Below are positions 17,866-30,340 of a stretch of DNA of 64,000 nt, in pieces. The position numbers were made by a program, and so were the translations under genes. Every line of letters begins with the position of its first letter. Position 1 is the stretch's first letter. The notes under the pieces were generated by a model. It searched no databases. It saw only the letters and a list, made by a program, of their open reading frames with translations, and was not told the DNA's origin. Origin of the DNA: the human T2T-CHM13v2.0 reference genome, Homo sapiens; NCBI RefSeq assembly GCF_009914755.1, contig NC_060944.1; one strand, given 5' to 3'.

Positions 17866-19500
17866 ACTGGAGAGTTTTATGTAAGGGAGTGACATGGTAT
17901 GATTTATGCTTTAGCAAGACAGTGTTGGCTGCTAAGTGAAAAAAGTGTGGAAGGGAAAGTATAAATGCTGAAAAGCCATTGTAAGAGGCCGTTGAAATTG
18001 TCTGTGTGAGAAATTATACTGACATTGTCACAGAGACAGTGCAAGTGGCAGAAAGTATTCAGATGTGGGTCATATTTTGGCAGTAGAATCTATAGGAATT
18101 GTTGATGAATTTACTGTTTGGCTAAAAGGAAAATAATTCAGGAATTACTGTTAGGTTTTGGTTTGAATAGTTGGGTAGTTAAAAGTAACTTCATTGAGAT
18201 AGGAAGACAAAGTTTACTTTTTCTTTGATGAAGAGAAAGAATGGTAAGGGAGACAAATCAAGTTATTTTGAGAGTTGAGATTCTTATTAGAAACGTCAAT
18301 ACAGCAGTATTTATAATGTTCTGATGTCCAAAGTGAAGGTCAGAACGTTTATAAATTTGAGATCATCAACACAGAAATAGTTATTATATGGGACTAGATG
18401 AAATTACTTAAGGTGAAAGTACTGACTGAGGAAAAGAAAGAGACTAGGAATGAACCCAAGGAAAAGACACAGAAGAGTAGCAAATACATGCCAGCAGAGG
18501 ATTTTAAGCATGAAATGCCACTGAGAGGCTATGTTGCCAAATCTAATCTGTTTTTACTTAAATGACTGTTGATTTTGATAAAAGTAGTTTTGATGAAATA
18601 GTAGGGGCAGAGCTGCATTGAGGGAAGGAAGCAAAGAAGTTGAGATAGTAACCTGAGAAGATTATTCTGATATATTCTCTGTAAAAGTGAATGGATAATT
18701 ATATGGGTAGGGCAGTGGTTTCAGGAGAACTTGATGTCAATGGAAGCCTATTTATTTACTTATTTACTTATTTAATTAACATGGACTATAAAAATCAGGA
18801 GAGGAAAATCAAAGATAATGGGATTAAAACCCATTAATCACTAGTAGGGTGATTGTTCTTAAATAAACAAATCTGCTATTGGACTGAAAGAGAAATCAGA
18901 AAATGCTGGTCTTGATGCAGGAAACATGTTAGATTTTAGGGTGAAGATGAGAAAATTATGAGGTTAGACAATCAGCTCAAAGGTAAAGAATCAAGGAAAG
19001 AGGTATTTATATGCAATAATACTCTGGAAATGTGGTAAAGCCAATTAAAGAGAGCAGAGTAAGGACTGTTGAGCAATGTTGAGTGCCCATTTGAAGTACG
19101 TGGCCATACATTTAAAGCCTGATTGTATTATTTTCTCCTGTGCTGTTCAATTGGTAGAATGACAGCTAAGAATTAGTGGATAAGGTTGACAGGAAGAGAA
19201 AGGGCAAGAGAGTATTATTTTGAACTCTGGCATCTAGAATGGGTAAGGAAGGAAGGACAGACAAGAAGGTAACAGGAATAGAGAAAAAGTATAAATAGCC
19301 TGAGACTACTATACAAAGCAAGTTGGAAAGATAGGCTGGAGTGATAATGTTGGAAATTGAGGTTTAGAGGGGCACAACTGCTGGTAATGATAGGATTTTA
19401 GAAGAGTTGGAAAGAATAAAGAACCTGGGATGGATTACACATATAGTACAGTATTGAAATCAAGTATGAGGTATGATTTAGGAGTCTTGGAAATTTGGCT
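17866..19500 (-). mobile_element. L2 relic, degenerate
   Basis: cactggagagtttt...ggagtgacatg; purine-rich antisense L2 composition. Confidence 0.55.
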
Positions 19501-19845
19501 GACGATGAGGTAAACAGGGTGATAAGACATGATGCAATTAGTCTCACAGGGCAAGATGGATTTGCAAGTCCTGAGTGGTATTTAATATTGTAACGCTGTC
19601 ACTCTCTTAAAATAGCAACCCCGCTACTCTATCAATAAATCTTAGCTGATGCTAATAATTGCATAAAGCTGACCAAAATGAGAAGGGTTTTAAGAAGCCA
19701 GTTTTCCCACTGTTTAATTACTGGTATTATTTTTGAATAATACTCTGCTACCATTAAATAGACAAGGGATAGTAAAGCTACTTAGCATTATACTTTGGAT
19801 CAAATAAATATCCTTCTTCAGATACCCAATGTTCACAAAATAGGA

Positions 19846-20594
19846 ATATAATGATTTATATTTATTCAAGTGACATAAGCATTTATTTCAACTTCATTAA
19901 AAGCAAATCAAATGTATACTCATTTTTATAAATTAATCTAGCAAGATATTACAATGACTACTAGATTAAAAGTATTTGTCAAACAGCCTGGTTATGAAAT
20001 AGGACTTCTATATTGAATTAACATATTTAGGCAATGTAGTAGCTTTTTTAGGCCATTTAGTGCTTCCTAATACATTAGAGCCATATCTGAATAAATGTTT
20101 CCAACAGTGTGCTGAAAGTACTGATCTACCACTCAGTTATACATTTTAAACTAGGGACTTCCTCCCCCTTGTAAGTGTGGCTAAATTTTTATTAGTTGAA
20201 TTCTAAGTTATTAAACATATTTTAATTATATTCATCCCCAAACTGCATTGATTCAAAAACACATTTTATGTAATAATACATTTTACACAATAAAATTTAA
20301 TTTATTAAAGAAACTCATTTTATGAGTATAATTAACTCAAAAAGTTTCTTAAAGCTTTTATCTCCAAAATTAAAAAAAAATATTGTATAGACAGAAGTCT
20401 TCTGGGCTTGGACTCATGTTATAGTGGTTCCCTCTCATCCATTAAAAGACATTTTTTTTTAATTTGAGGGTTCCTATAAAGGGTACACTTGCTTCGGTGA
20501 CATGTATATTTTTCTCTTTGTAGGACTATTCTTATTTCCTCAGTTATATACAGAGAATAATAATTAGATAAAGTATGGTGATAAAAACTAGATT
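19846..20594 (-). other. SYCP2: SYCP2 3' UTR (end approximate)
   Basis: Follows the stop codon; minus-strand AATAAA at 20301, 20188, 19882 and 19861. Confidence 0.7.
19861..19887 (-). terminator. Distal SYCP2 polyadenylation signals (two AATAAA)
   Basis: tttatt at 19861-19866 and 19882-19887 on the + strand. Confidence 0.6.
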
Positions 20595-20672
20595 TCACAC
20601 ATTAGCATTTCTTTCATGAGACATGAATACTGACATCAGTTCTCTGCGTACATTAAGAAGCTCCTCTTCTAG
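20595..20672 (-). CDS. SYCP2: SYCP2 last coding exon (LEEELLNVRRELMSVFMSHERNANV*)
   Basis: ttcttggctatag acceptor; 78 nt; recognised SYCP2 C-terminus. Confidence 0.95.
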   Translation of the reverse strand, partial: LEEELLNVRRELMSVFMSHERNANV

Positions 20673-21671
20673 CTATAGCCAAGAAAAAAAAAATCACACT
20701 TAGATTTCACATTTTCGCTGTAAAACCACCAAATAAAATAGAAAAAAAAAAATCAAGCTGTTATTAGTGATTCATTTTAAAACAACTTCTTTCATGAAGA
20801 TATTGCATTCTAACAGGTCTACAGATATCCACAGAATTCTGTGATCATTACTGATATTCAAGACAATCAGTTGAGAGAAGGCTCTAATCTTTTAAAGCCC
20901 CAAATCAGTGAAATTTAGATTCAATTTTTAAAGGAAGAGAGTAAAATTAAAAGTCTAGAAAACAATTTCAACAAGGATCAACCTAGTTAAGTAGCTTGTT
21001 TGCTTGAAGCTAAACTAGCTTAGCCACAACATCTTGATCCTGTACTATGTCAGCATATTGAGGTTCTATCTTTGTAAGTACATTAATATACTGTGTATAC
21101 AAAGATCAGTGTACTTAAAAATGCCTTTCATCTTTGAGAAAACTCCAAAGACATTATCACTTAAAACAGTACCTTTAGTCCCTTCCCAGGTCCATCCACA
21201 TTTCCCCCCAGAATGCAGCTGCTGGTCTACTAGGCCACTGGAAAGTAAACTAATTTAATCCTCAAATCTAAGTAAATGACATCTTGTCCAAACAGACAGT
21301 AATTCTTCCACTAAACTACAGACTTTCTGGGAGTTTTGTCCTGCCATATTTTCTCCTTCAGAAGACACAGCAGGACAGACGCCTGCTGCAGTACCCAGTG
21401 TTTAGAAACTGCAAACAAATCATTCTTTCAGATAATTTTTCAATTTGCAAATTTATATTCTCTTTTACTCCTTAGGAGGGCCTGTTTAAATTACCCCTAT
21501 TCTTTCACTATAAATATGCTCCCATTATTTAAAGAACTAAAAGTAATTGGGCTAAAACTATTTTCTCTCAACCCAAAAGAAAAAGAAAGACATAAAAGCA
21601 CACACACAAAAAAATCAAAAACAAAAGACATTAAAGTATGATTATCCCATTTTCAAACTTAGTTGACTTAC

Positions 21672-21728
21672 CATGTCCTTAAGAAGCCTGTCTTGCAGCA
21701 CTTTCATATCTTCTTTCATCAAACACAT
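21672..21728 (-). CDS. SYCP2: SYCP2 exon (MCLMKEDMKVLQDRLLKDM)
   Basis: 57 nt, ttttacag / GTAAGT, phase 0-0. Confidence 0.95.
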
Positions 21729-21856
21729 CTGTAAAAAAGTAAATATATTTCACCCATGAAATTTACCATAAAGTTTTCACAGCAAAGACAAAGTTACATT
21801 AACAAATTCTTTTTGTAATCAAGAGAGGTAACCTATAAAAAGCATAAAATTTATAC

Positions 21857-21935
21857 CTCGGATGTAAAAACAGTTTCTTCACTATCAGTATTACAGAAGA
21901 CACTTTTAGCCAATGAAGTTTTCAAAAGATGAAGC
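21857..21935 (-). CDS. SYCP2: SYCP2 exon (LHLLKTSLAKSVFCNTDSEETVFTSE)
   Basis: 79 nt, cttag / GTATAA, phase 2-0. Confidence 0.93.
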
Positions 21936-22090
21936 CTAAGAAGTAAAATAATGAGTTAACCTTGTATTTATCAATAATTCAAATTAGAGTGCTATAATAT
22001 AGTATATATAATTTTAATTTTTCAAATAGAAATTTATTAATTTAAAAATCTAATTTTATAGATTATAGCCATTAAGAATGTCATACTAAC

Positions 22091-22149
22091 CTCTGTTGTT
22101 CGCTTTTTTGATATGCACTGAACTTCTGAAATATCTTTTCCCAAAAGTC
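22091..22149 (-). CDS. SYCP2: SYCP2 exon (DFWEKIFQKFSAYQKSEQQ)
   Basis: 59 nt, tttag / GTTAGT, phase 0-2. Confidence 0.93.
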
Positions 22150-22576
22150 CTAAATTAATTAATAAAATTTTATTTAGTCCTAAATATTTTAGTCCTAAAA
22201 TAAAATCCAGTTAAACTTTAATATGATTAAAAATTAAAATCCAACAGTAGAATTACTCTATTTCTATTATTACAAATTTAAATAAACAGTATGGCTATAT
22301 GTTAAAAATATTCCAGATGTCATATGCTCTTTCAAATTAAAATAAAATTGAAAGTAAAATCTCTCAGGATTTCTCATTATCAAAGATATTCATCATAAAT
22401 TTAAGTTCGTACTTCAAAAGTGTTTCTATGAAGCTGATTAGAAATCTAAGATAAAACTAAATTATTTTCTGAACAAAAAGCTTTAGGATGTGCTCCCAAA
22501 AAAGAAAGTTTTTCCAAGTATAGCTCTTTAAAAATAAGGTTTTAAACTTATTTAAAAAATTTTTAAAGTAACAAAC

Positions 22577-22676
22577 CACAAATTCCTTTTCCAAATCTTT
22601 TAAAGACTGTGAATCTTTTTCAAAATTCTCCAGCTCCTCTATGATAATGAATTGGAATTTATCAAGTTTTTTAATC
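22577..22676 (-). CDS. SYCP2: SYCP2 exon (IKKLDKFQFIIIEELENFEKDSQSLKDLEKEFV), coiled-coil region
   Basis: 100 nt, aatag / GTTTGT, phase 2-0. Confidence 0.93.
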
Positions 22677-22778
22677 CTATTACAGAAACAAAATGAGATT
22701 AATTTTAAAAACTGTAGCATTCAGAATATAGGAATATGTAGCATTCAAAAGTTTTCAGAACAGATTTTTATTACAGAC

Positions 22779-22873
22779 CTAGAGTCCTGACTTTGATGAT
22801 TCATTGTTCTCAGATGTTGCTGAGCTGTTTTCCAAGACTGCGTAGTAAAATAACTCAACATTTTATGTCGGAT
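22779..22873 (-). CDS. SYCP2: SYCP2 exon (IRHKMLSYFTTQSWKTAQQHLRTMNHQSQDS)
   Basis: 95 nt, ttttcag / GTCTGT, phase 0-2. Confidence 0.93.
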
Positions 22874-23989
22874 CTGAAAAATACTCATTTTTAAGTTAAA
22901 ATATCTTTACAAAATAACACTCTAACCAAGACTACAGTAACAGCAAATAATTTTCCACGAAATGTAAATTACTAAGAAGAACTTGGAAAAGTGAAAAATT
23001 AAAAACTCAGTTATTTAAACTGAAGTGTTAATAGACACTGCTCTGAGTGAACTTATTTAACTCCATCAGTAGGTCTTTGACTAAGGGTTGAGTCCACAAT
23101 TGTTTTCATAAGAACCCCACACTCTACAGTATTTACAAAAATGCTGATGGTTATAATTCTCTTCAAAGACACAGCCTAAAAGTCACACTCAGAATTTTTT
23201 AAAACCATTTTTTTCACAAAAACATAAATCTAGCTACAGACACATAGGAGAATATATAAGTCAAAGCTTCTCTATTCAGATTAGGTTGGCCTTGGGCCAA
23301 AAAAAAAAAAAAAAAAAAAGAAACAGAAAAAACAAGCAATTTCTAATTTTAACCCTGAATATAGGAGAAAGGAAAGCAAGACTGGGGGCGGGGGGGGGAG
23401 GGTGTTGATAACCTGTGCCCAAAATATCTTTTATTCAAAGGAGGGCATAAAAAACTAAAAAACTATCGATTCCAAATAGAGGCATGTGAAAGAGATAGGC
23501 AGAAATATATTACTAATAATTAAAAACTGTTTTAAAAAGCATTTTTGCATTATCTCACTGGAACCTCAAAAACTAAGACTACATAACTATAATACAAAAC
23601 TAGTAAAACAAAATGAAATGGTATTGCTCTGACTGCAGCTGCTCATTCTTTATACTACACTATACTATCTTCATTAATGCTCACCTAAATGACATAAAAA
23701 ATGTCTTGAAAAGTGGCATGAAAACTGTCCAGTAAAAAAAAAAAAAAAATCACAGAAAAGCCAAAACATTAAACTGAAAAGGAAAATAGGACAAAAGAGA
23801 AAAAAGTAGTAGCAAAAGAAAGAATACGGGTAATATACAGATTTTATTCCAATTATTCACATATAAGGAAAGTTGGTTTCATGAATGGATATTTTGTTGC
23901 CAAAGGATCAAACAAGCCAATGGTCTAGTAGAAAGTGTGGCATATTATTATATTATTGGGTATAAATCATAATTTAAAGAATAACTCAC

Positions 23990-24126
23990 ATTATTCCTTC
24001 TCTTAAATTCTGAATTGAGCCTCTCGTAAGTCTCATAAGTCATCTCTATCCCTGCAAATTCATTTTGCCAGGTCTCCCAAGGAATAGAAAAGTCATTTGT
24101 TGATAATGAAGATACACTTTCAGACA
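23990..24126 (-). CDS. SYCP2: SYCP2 exon (SESVSSLSTNDFSIPWETW...EFKRRNN)
   Basis: 137 nt, ttttag / GTGAGT, phase 1-0. Confidence 0.95.
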
Positions 24127-24691
24127 CTAAAAAATGAAAACAATCTGCTGAAGTTAAAATATGCATTACTCTAAATTTAGCCTTGTAATTAGGCTAAGAA
24201 CAAAATCTATCTTATTTTCCGAATCTATGTGTAACCTAAGGATTATGAAATCAAAGGCAGAAGAGTTCCTTATGTTTTTTTTAATTTAAAAATCAGATTA
24301 TTCTGATTTATAAAACAAACTTTTTGGTATGGCTATTACAGCAGAAATGACTACTTTAAGCTGGAACATTTATGGATTATTTTTAACTGCTTTTTAACTA
24401 GTTCCACATTATTATTAGGTATTTAGTGAGGTACTAGCACATCAGTAAATTCATACTCTAGTTAACCTAAATGTGATAGTAAGTGACAGAATGATGAGGG
24501 AGATCTATGGGCATCTAAGACCCTTACTACAACAATTATTCATATAAATGTGAACTTTGCAATAAAGCATCATCCATCTTGGACATATCCAAAGTTGTCT
24601 TTACAAATTTGTTTTGTAAATAGACTCATTCAAAATATAAGAACCACCCTCCAAATAACTGCATTTTGATACAGGCTACTGATCTACCTAC

Positions 24692-24847
24692 TTTTGTGGA
24701 TATGATGATCTGCATCTTCAATTTTACACAGTTTTTTGGGAAGCAAGTTTGCTCTCCTTTCTCCTTTCTCTTCCATTTCTACTTCATTGGAATTACTTAG
24801 ATTATCTTCTATATATATTCTTTTGCGACTAAGATGTTGGGTGGGGC
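24692..24847 (-). CDS. SYCP2: SYCP2 exon (PTQHLSRKRIYIEDN...DADHHIHK)
   Basis: 156 nt, cctaag / GTAGGT, phase 1-1. Confidence 0.92.
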
Positions 24848-25113
24848 CTTAGGAACAGTTAAAGAAAGTTAAAAGCGCTGCAATTTTCATTAAAAATACC
24901 TCATATTTTCTTGCTTTTATTTTAAAAAGGCTTTGTTTCCACTAAGTATTTTTATTATGTTTTAGGTAATTATGCATTCAATTCTACCTAGTTTATTTTC
25001 TTTTTACATTAAGTTGAATAACGGTATGACTTAAAATACATAATTCCTTTAGTTGAAATGTCACGTAGCATTTCAGTAATCATTTTTTAAAAAGCAAGAC
25101 TATGACTACAAAC

Positions 25114-25204
25114 CTGATACATGAGTAGCATCACAGGGCATGTCAAACCACGTTTTCTCTCTTCCTTCACTAGACTTGGATAATGAAGATGCTAAATGAC
25201 TTTC
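25114..25204 (-). CDS. SYCP2: SYCP2 exon (ESHLASSLSKSSEGREKTWFDMPCDATHVS)
   Basis: 91 nt, ttttag / GTTTGT, phase 0-1. Confidence 0.93.
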
Positions 25205-26076
25205 CTAAAATACGTATTAGAAATTAGAAAAAAATTCCGTAAATATATTTCAATTCACATTTTATCACCTTTCTCAAACCCAAAAACCAATAATTTTAAA
25301 TGCTGTCAATTCTTTCTCAGATTGTTTCTATCCCTTCCTTTTCATCTCTAATATTTACCATGTGTTAACCTTGATTCTAAGTTGACCTCAATCTTCTTGT
25401 AATAGCTGTGATGTGAGCTACTTTTTTTTCTATTCCTGCTTTTCATTTCTTTATTAGGATTTCCATTTCTTTGAGTCAGGAAATGAGGAGCCACAGAAAA
25501 CTAAAGTTTAAACTACTCGTCTTTCAAACCACATCTTTCACATCTAACCTTATGTTATACTATTTGAATATACAGGTTTTACTTAGTAACCTTTACATAG
25601 GTTACTGATTTTTCTCCACTTAATCTACATATACCTACCCATCCACTTAGGTCTAGCTCAAATCGCAGCCCTCTCCAAGTTGTAAAATTCTGTCTTGATT
25701 TTCTATATTTTACAGGTTACTAAAATATTTTTATTGATGGATGGATGGGCTTTTATGCTGGCAGGAAGTTCAACCAAATACCTATATATTCACGAAACCA
25801 GAAAGTGCCTATTGTAAATATGCAATCCGGGGTTCAGCAGTGGTATCCTCACTATTTAAGACCTTACTACTCTCATTTTAAAAGTTTCAACTTTCTTCTA
25901 TCAAAAAATATTTTTCTATGATCAAGCCATTCTATATACTTTAAACATCAGATTTTCAGGTAATAACAGTTGAAAAGCATTAAAATATTATAATTACCAC
26001 TAAAGGTCAGTAATCTGAGTCTTATAAGAACCATCTTAGTGTAAGGAAAATTTATAAGTTATAGTCCCACACTTAC

Positions 26077-26262
26077 CTCTCTTTTGCTTTGTATATAATT
26101 TTCATTGATATGTGGAGATTCAATTTCCATAAACCGTTCTTCTGAACTATAACTGCTTACATCTGAATAGCTGTTACTGTTTTGTGTTTCTTGTGTAAGT
26201 ACCAGAGAACTTATTTTTTTTCTATTTACAATAGTATTACTCTTAGTTGGAGTATGTCTGGG
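26077..26262 (-). CDS. SYCP2: SYCP2 exon (PRHTPTKSNT...NYIQSKRE)
   Basis: 186 nt, ttcatag / GTAAGT, phase 0-0. Confidence 0.93.
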
Positions 26263-26579
26263 CTATGAATGAAGACATACAAAAACCCAATAAGAAGTTA
26301 CAAAATTGTTCAAAGCCCCCCACTTCAAAAAGAGTTGAACATAAGAAACATTAAAGCAAAACTGCAAAACTACTAATTCACTGCAAAAATTCAATTCCAA
26401 TTCATAACTAAAAATAAAAAATCCTTAGGCAAGTGGATTATTACTTTGATGACCAAAACCTGTAGATAAGGATCCCTGCTAGTACAGTTTCTATGCTCCA
26501 GAGGTCAAAGTCACCTTAACAAGAACACGAATAAGAATTTTTTGCATTTTCTGTTCTAATCTTCATGTGTAACAGTTTA

Positions 26580-27710
26580 TATGGCTGTCTATACAGAAAA
26601 GCCAAGAGAATCTAGGCAGACAATCATGATAAAATTCAGCAAGGTTGTTGGAGATAAAACAATCAATAGTTTTTCTATATAAAAATTTTAAAACTCAGAA
26701 AATGTAATTTTTAAAAAAAGTCTTTTTTTTAATACAGCAAAAAGAAGACCCATAAAATACTTAAGAATTAATCTAACAAGATGCATAATTTCCTTTGTAG
26801 GAGACTTCACCCAACTTTGCAGGAAATAAGACAAAAAAGTGGAGAGAGAAATGATGTGTAGATAAGAAAGATCAACATCAATATTGAAAAATGGCAATTC
26901 TTCCCTTAGACAAACTAATTCTAAAATGTATATGAATCAGTAAAGGGCAAAGGAATTCTGAGGAATGGTGGGGCAGGGGGTATGTAACACCCTATAAATG
27001 TAAAATGACCCCAATTAAAGCAATGCTGGTATTAGCACAGAGATAGATAAACAGGCCAGTAAACAGTAAAATCTAATGGTGCCTAATCCAGGCCCATGTG
27101 ATCACCCAGCCTATGACTAAATTAAGACTATTCCACTCCTGATGTCGCACTAATTTGATATCCATATGAAAAAGAAAGCCTGGAGAGACTCAAATCTAAA
27201 ATTTGAGTCAAATTTAGACTCAAATCTAAAATAAGAAAATATTTTTATGACAATAGCTTAGGGGAAGATTTCTTAAACAACCCAGAAGATTGGTAAATTT
27301 GATTATGTCCTATCTTTTGTCATAGGGAAGTTGTGTAATTAACTGAAAATATACATACTAGGAAAAGAATGTTTACATTATATACAACGAATAAAGAATA
27401 TCCAGAATATATTAAGAACTCATACAAATTTGTAAGAAAAATCAAGCAATGCAATTTAAAAATAAGAAAACAAACAGGAAATTCACAAAATGGCCAAAAT
27501 CATGTGAAAATACTCATTGATGCAATGAGTCAGGAAAATGCAAATTAAAGACACAACTTTATGCTTACCAGACTGGCAAAAACAGAAACAACTGATAACA
27601 TCTACTTAGTTAAAACTGTAGAGAAATGAGCACTATCTCATAGCAGTGTTGAGAGTGTAAGTAGGTTCAACTACCATATAAAGCAAATTTCCAACACCTT
27701 ATTAAGAGTT
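26580..27710 (+). mobile_element. Old L1M ORF2 relic
   Basis: aaaattcagcaaggttg, aaaatacttaagaattaatctaacaag, ggaaaatgcaaattaaa. Confidence 0.65.
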
Positions 27711-27902
27711 GACAGTAAAGGGGCAGCATGGGGGAATGTCTCATGAGTGTCCAGCCAATGAATATGTAACTGTTAAAATTCCATCTAACACAGAGTAGCA
27801 TCAAAGATGGTGGGTGGGGATTACCTAGGCTTGGAGATTTTGCAAGGTGGCATACTGAAGGGATTAAAGGATGCGGGGGAAAATAAGAATGACAGAAACA
27901 AA

Positions 27903-28209
27903 GGGATTGGTTCTAGGACCTCTTGTGGATATCAAAATCAGAAGATGCTCAAATCTGTGATATAAAATGGTTCAGTATTTGCATATAACCTATACACATC
28001 CTCCCATATACATAAGTAATCTCTAGATTACTTATGATACCTAATACAATGTAAATACTCTTAAATAGTTGTTATATGTGTTGTTTAGGAAATGGTGACA
28101 AGAAAAAAAAGTCTGTACATGTTCAATACAGACACAATTAAAAATATATATTGTTGTCTGTGGTTGAATCCACAGATGTGGAACCCACAGATATGGAGGG
28201 CCAACTATA
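27903..28209 (+). mobile_element. MER2 (TcMar-Tigger)
   Basis: gggattggttctaggacc...tttgcatataacctatacacatcctccc...ggaacccacagatatggagggccaact. Confidence 0.8.
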
Positions 28210-28412
28210 TTGATAAAGGATCACAGGAGAATTTGTGTGAATTTCACTAGTGTGAAACTGGGTTTCAAATTGTGGTCTGTAGAAACTCAGAGTTTTGAAA
28301 ATATGCCTTGGGGATTATTTGGGAGAAGGAGGTGAAGGAGGCTAGGTAGATCTAGGGTTTAGATCTCCTACCTCTACTTTAAACAGCATAGTTCTACTTT
28401 TATCTTTCTGAC

Positions 28413-28958
28413 ACACAATGGTCCCTCTTAGCTGCAGTTTTGCTTTCCAGGGTTTCAATAACTCATGCTCAACCATGGCCCAAAAATATTAAATGGAACA
28501 TTCCAGAAATCATTTATAAGTTTCAAATTGTGCACAATTCTGTGTGGTGCCATGAAATCTCTGGCCATCGGGTTGTCCTGCCTGGGATATGAATCATCAC
28601 TTTGTCCAGCATATCCATGCTGTATATGCTACCTGCCTGTTAGTCAAGTAATAGCCATCTCAGTTATCAGATTGACTGTGGAGATATCGTAGTGCTCAAG
28701 CAACCCTTATTTTACTAAATAATGCCCCTCAAAAGCAAGAGTAGTGATGCTGTAGTGTATTGTTATAGTTGTTGTTTTGTCATTGTAATAATTTATAAAT
28801 TGCATATTTATAAGTTAATGTTTAAATTAAACAATCATAGGTATGTATGTATAGGAAAAAAAGATAGTATATATAGCATTCAGTGCTATCCTCCATTTCA
28901 GGCATCTATTGGGGGGGTCTTGGAACGTATTCCCTGAGAATAAGGGGTGATTACTGTA
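28413..28958 (+). mobile_element. MER44/Tigger7-family element
   Basis: gttttgctttcc...aaaatattaaatggaacattccagaaat; end gggtcttggaacgtattccc...tactgta. Confidence 0.75.
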
Positions 28959-29489
28959 CAGAGTACAGGTAAGAGTTTTGTAACAGGAATGATCACTTCC
29001 TAAGAGATACTACTAATTGTTCTACACATTAGAACTACACACATTTTCTAGATCTGAATAGGCTTATTCCTGCAATGCAGGTACTTCTTTCAGATTTCAC
29101 CATAATTTAAAGTCTATGGCCTTTAATAAACTTTAGTTACAAAAATTACAAGTTGACAAAGTAAATTGATAATTTAGTTGAAAACAGTGTAATTACAATA
29201 TTTGGTTTAGGTGTTTATAAGGAAGTTTAACAGGTAAATGGTAGGAATATAAAAAGTAAATATATATTGAAAAGAAATTCTTCATTCTTCCTCATCTATG
29301 TATCACATTATATGTATCATTTCTTCTTAAAATATAGTAGACCCTCCTGAAATCACAGATAGTACCTCACCCTATTATACTATGCACAGATTTCTTTTTC
29401 CTAATTTCATGGAAAGATGATTCATTCTTACCATAGATCTTAGCAACTTCCACATACCTTATTTTTGGTTCCTTATTAAGCACAGAATA

Positions 29490-29900
29490 TTCACCATTTC
29501 ACTTAAAGGAAAACTTTATGGCTTCTCTTTGGCCTATCTGAATTGTCAGCATCAATACTCTTGCCCTTTGGCGGTATTGTTAAGTAAAATAAGGGTTACT
29601 TTAACACAAGCACTGCAATACCTCTACAGTTGATCTGATAACCAAGATGGCTACTATGTGACTAACAGGCAGGTAGGGTATACAGCAGCATGGATACTCT
29701 GGACAAAGGGTTGATTCACGTCCCAGGAGGGACAGAGTGGATGGCTCAATATTTCATCACACTATTCAGAATTACACACAATGTAAAACATATGAATTGT
29801 TTATTTCTGCAATTTCTTATTTAATATTATCAGACCACAGTTGACTGTAGGTAACTGAAACCTCAAAAAGTGAAACCACAAATAATGAGAAACTACTGTA
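29490..29900 (-). mobile_element. MER44/Tigger7-family element, opposite orientation
   Basis: Reverse-complement similarity to 28413-28752; ends actactgta. Confidence 0.75.
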
Positions 29901-30134
29901 CTCTCCTGCTACCACATTCTTCCTCCTGTATAGCTATACATTTATTTGTCTGTTAGGTTCATCAAGACTGGCAAGTATCTCTCTCTTGTCATTATGTCCC
30001 TCTCCCCCAAGACCCTAGACCAAACCCAAAACCTTAAATAGACAAGCAATGTGTATCTGATTAAGATGATAGGGAAAATAACTTACTACCTTCAGATATA
30101 TCTGATAAAGAGAAAAATATATATACATTCTCAC

Positions 30135-30340
30135 CAAAAACAGTGGTCGTGGAATTGGTGAACAACTTTCACTTGCACACAGGAAGTTTTTCTCATTGTT
30201 TTTGGGTGACTTTATTGTACCTCCAACTCCACTGTTACTATTTAAGGATTCAAGTGATGAAGTTTTTGGATAAGGTGATATAGATTTTGTTATGCAGTCA
30301 TAATCCTGAGTAAAATCCTTTTCTGTTATTTTCTCTATAC
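30135..30340 (-). CDS. SYCP2: SYCP2 exon (IEKITEKDFTQDYDC...SPIPRPLFL)
   Basis: 206 nt, atatag / GTGAGA, phase 1-0. Confidence 0.93.

Noticed and set aside
23384-23403. G-rich run as a possible G-quadruplex
   Set aside because: Essentially a short interrupted homopolymer beside A-tracts, with no functional context.
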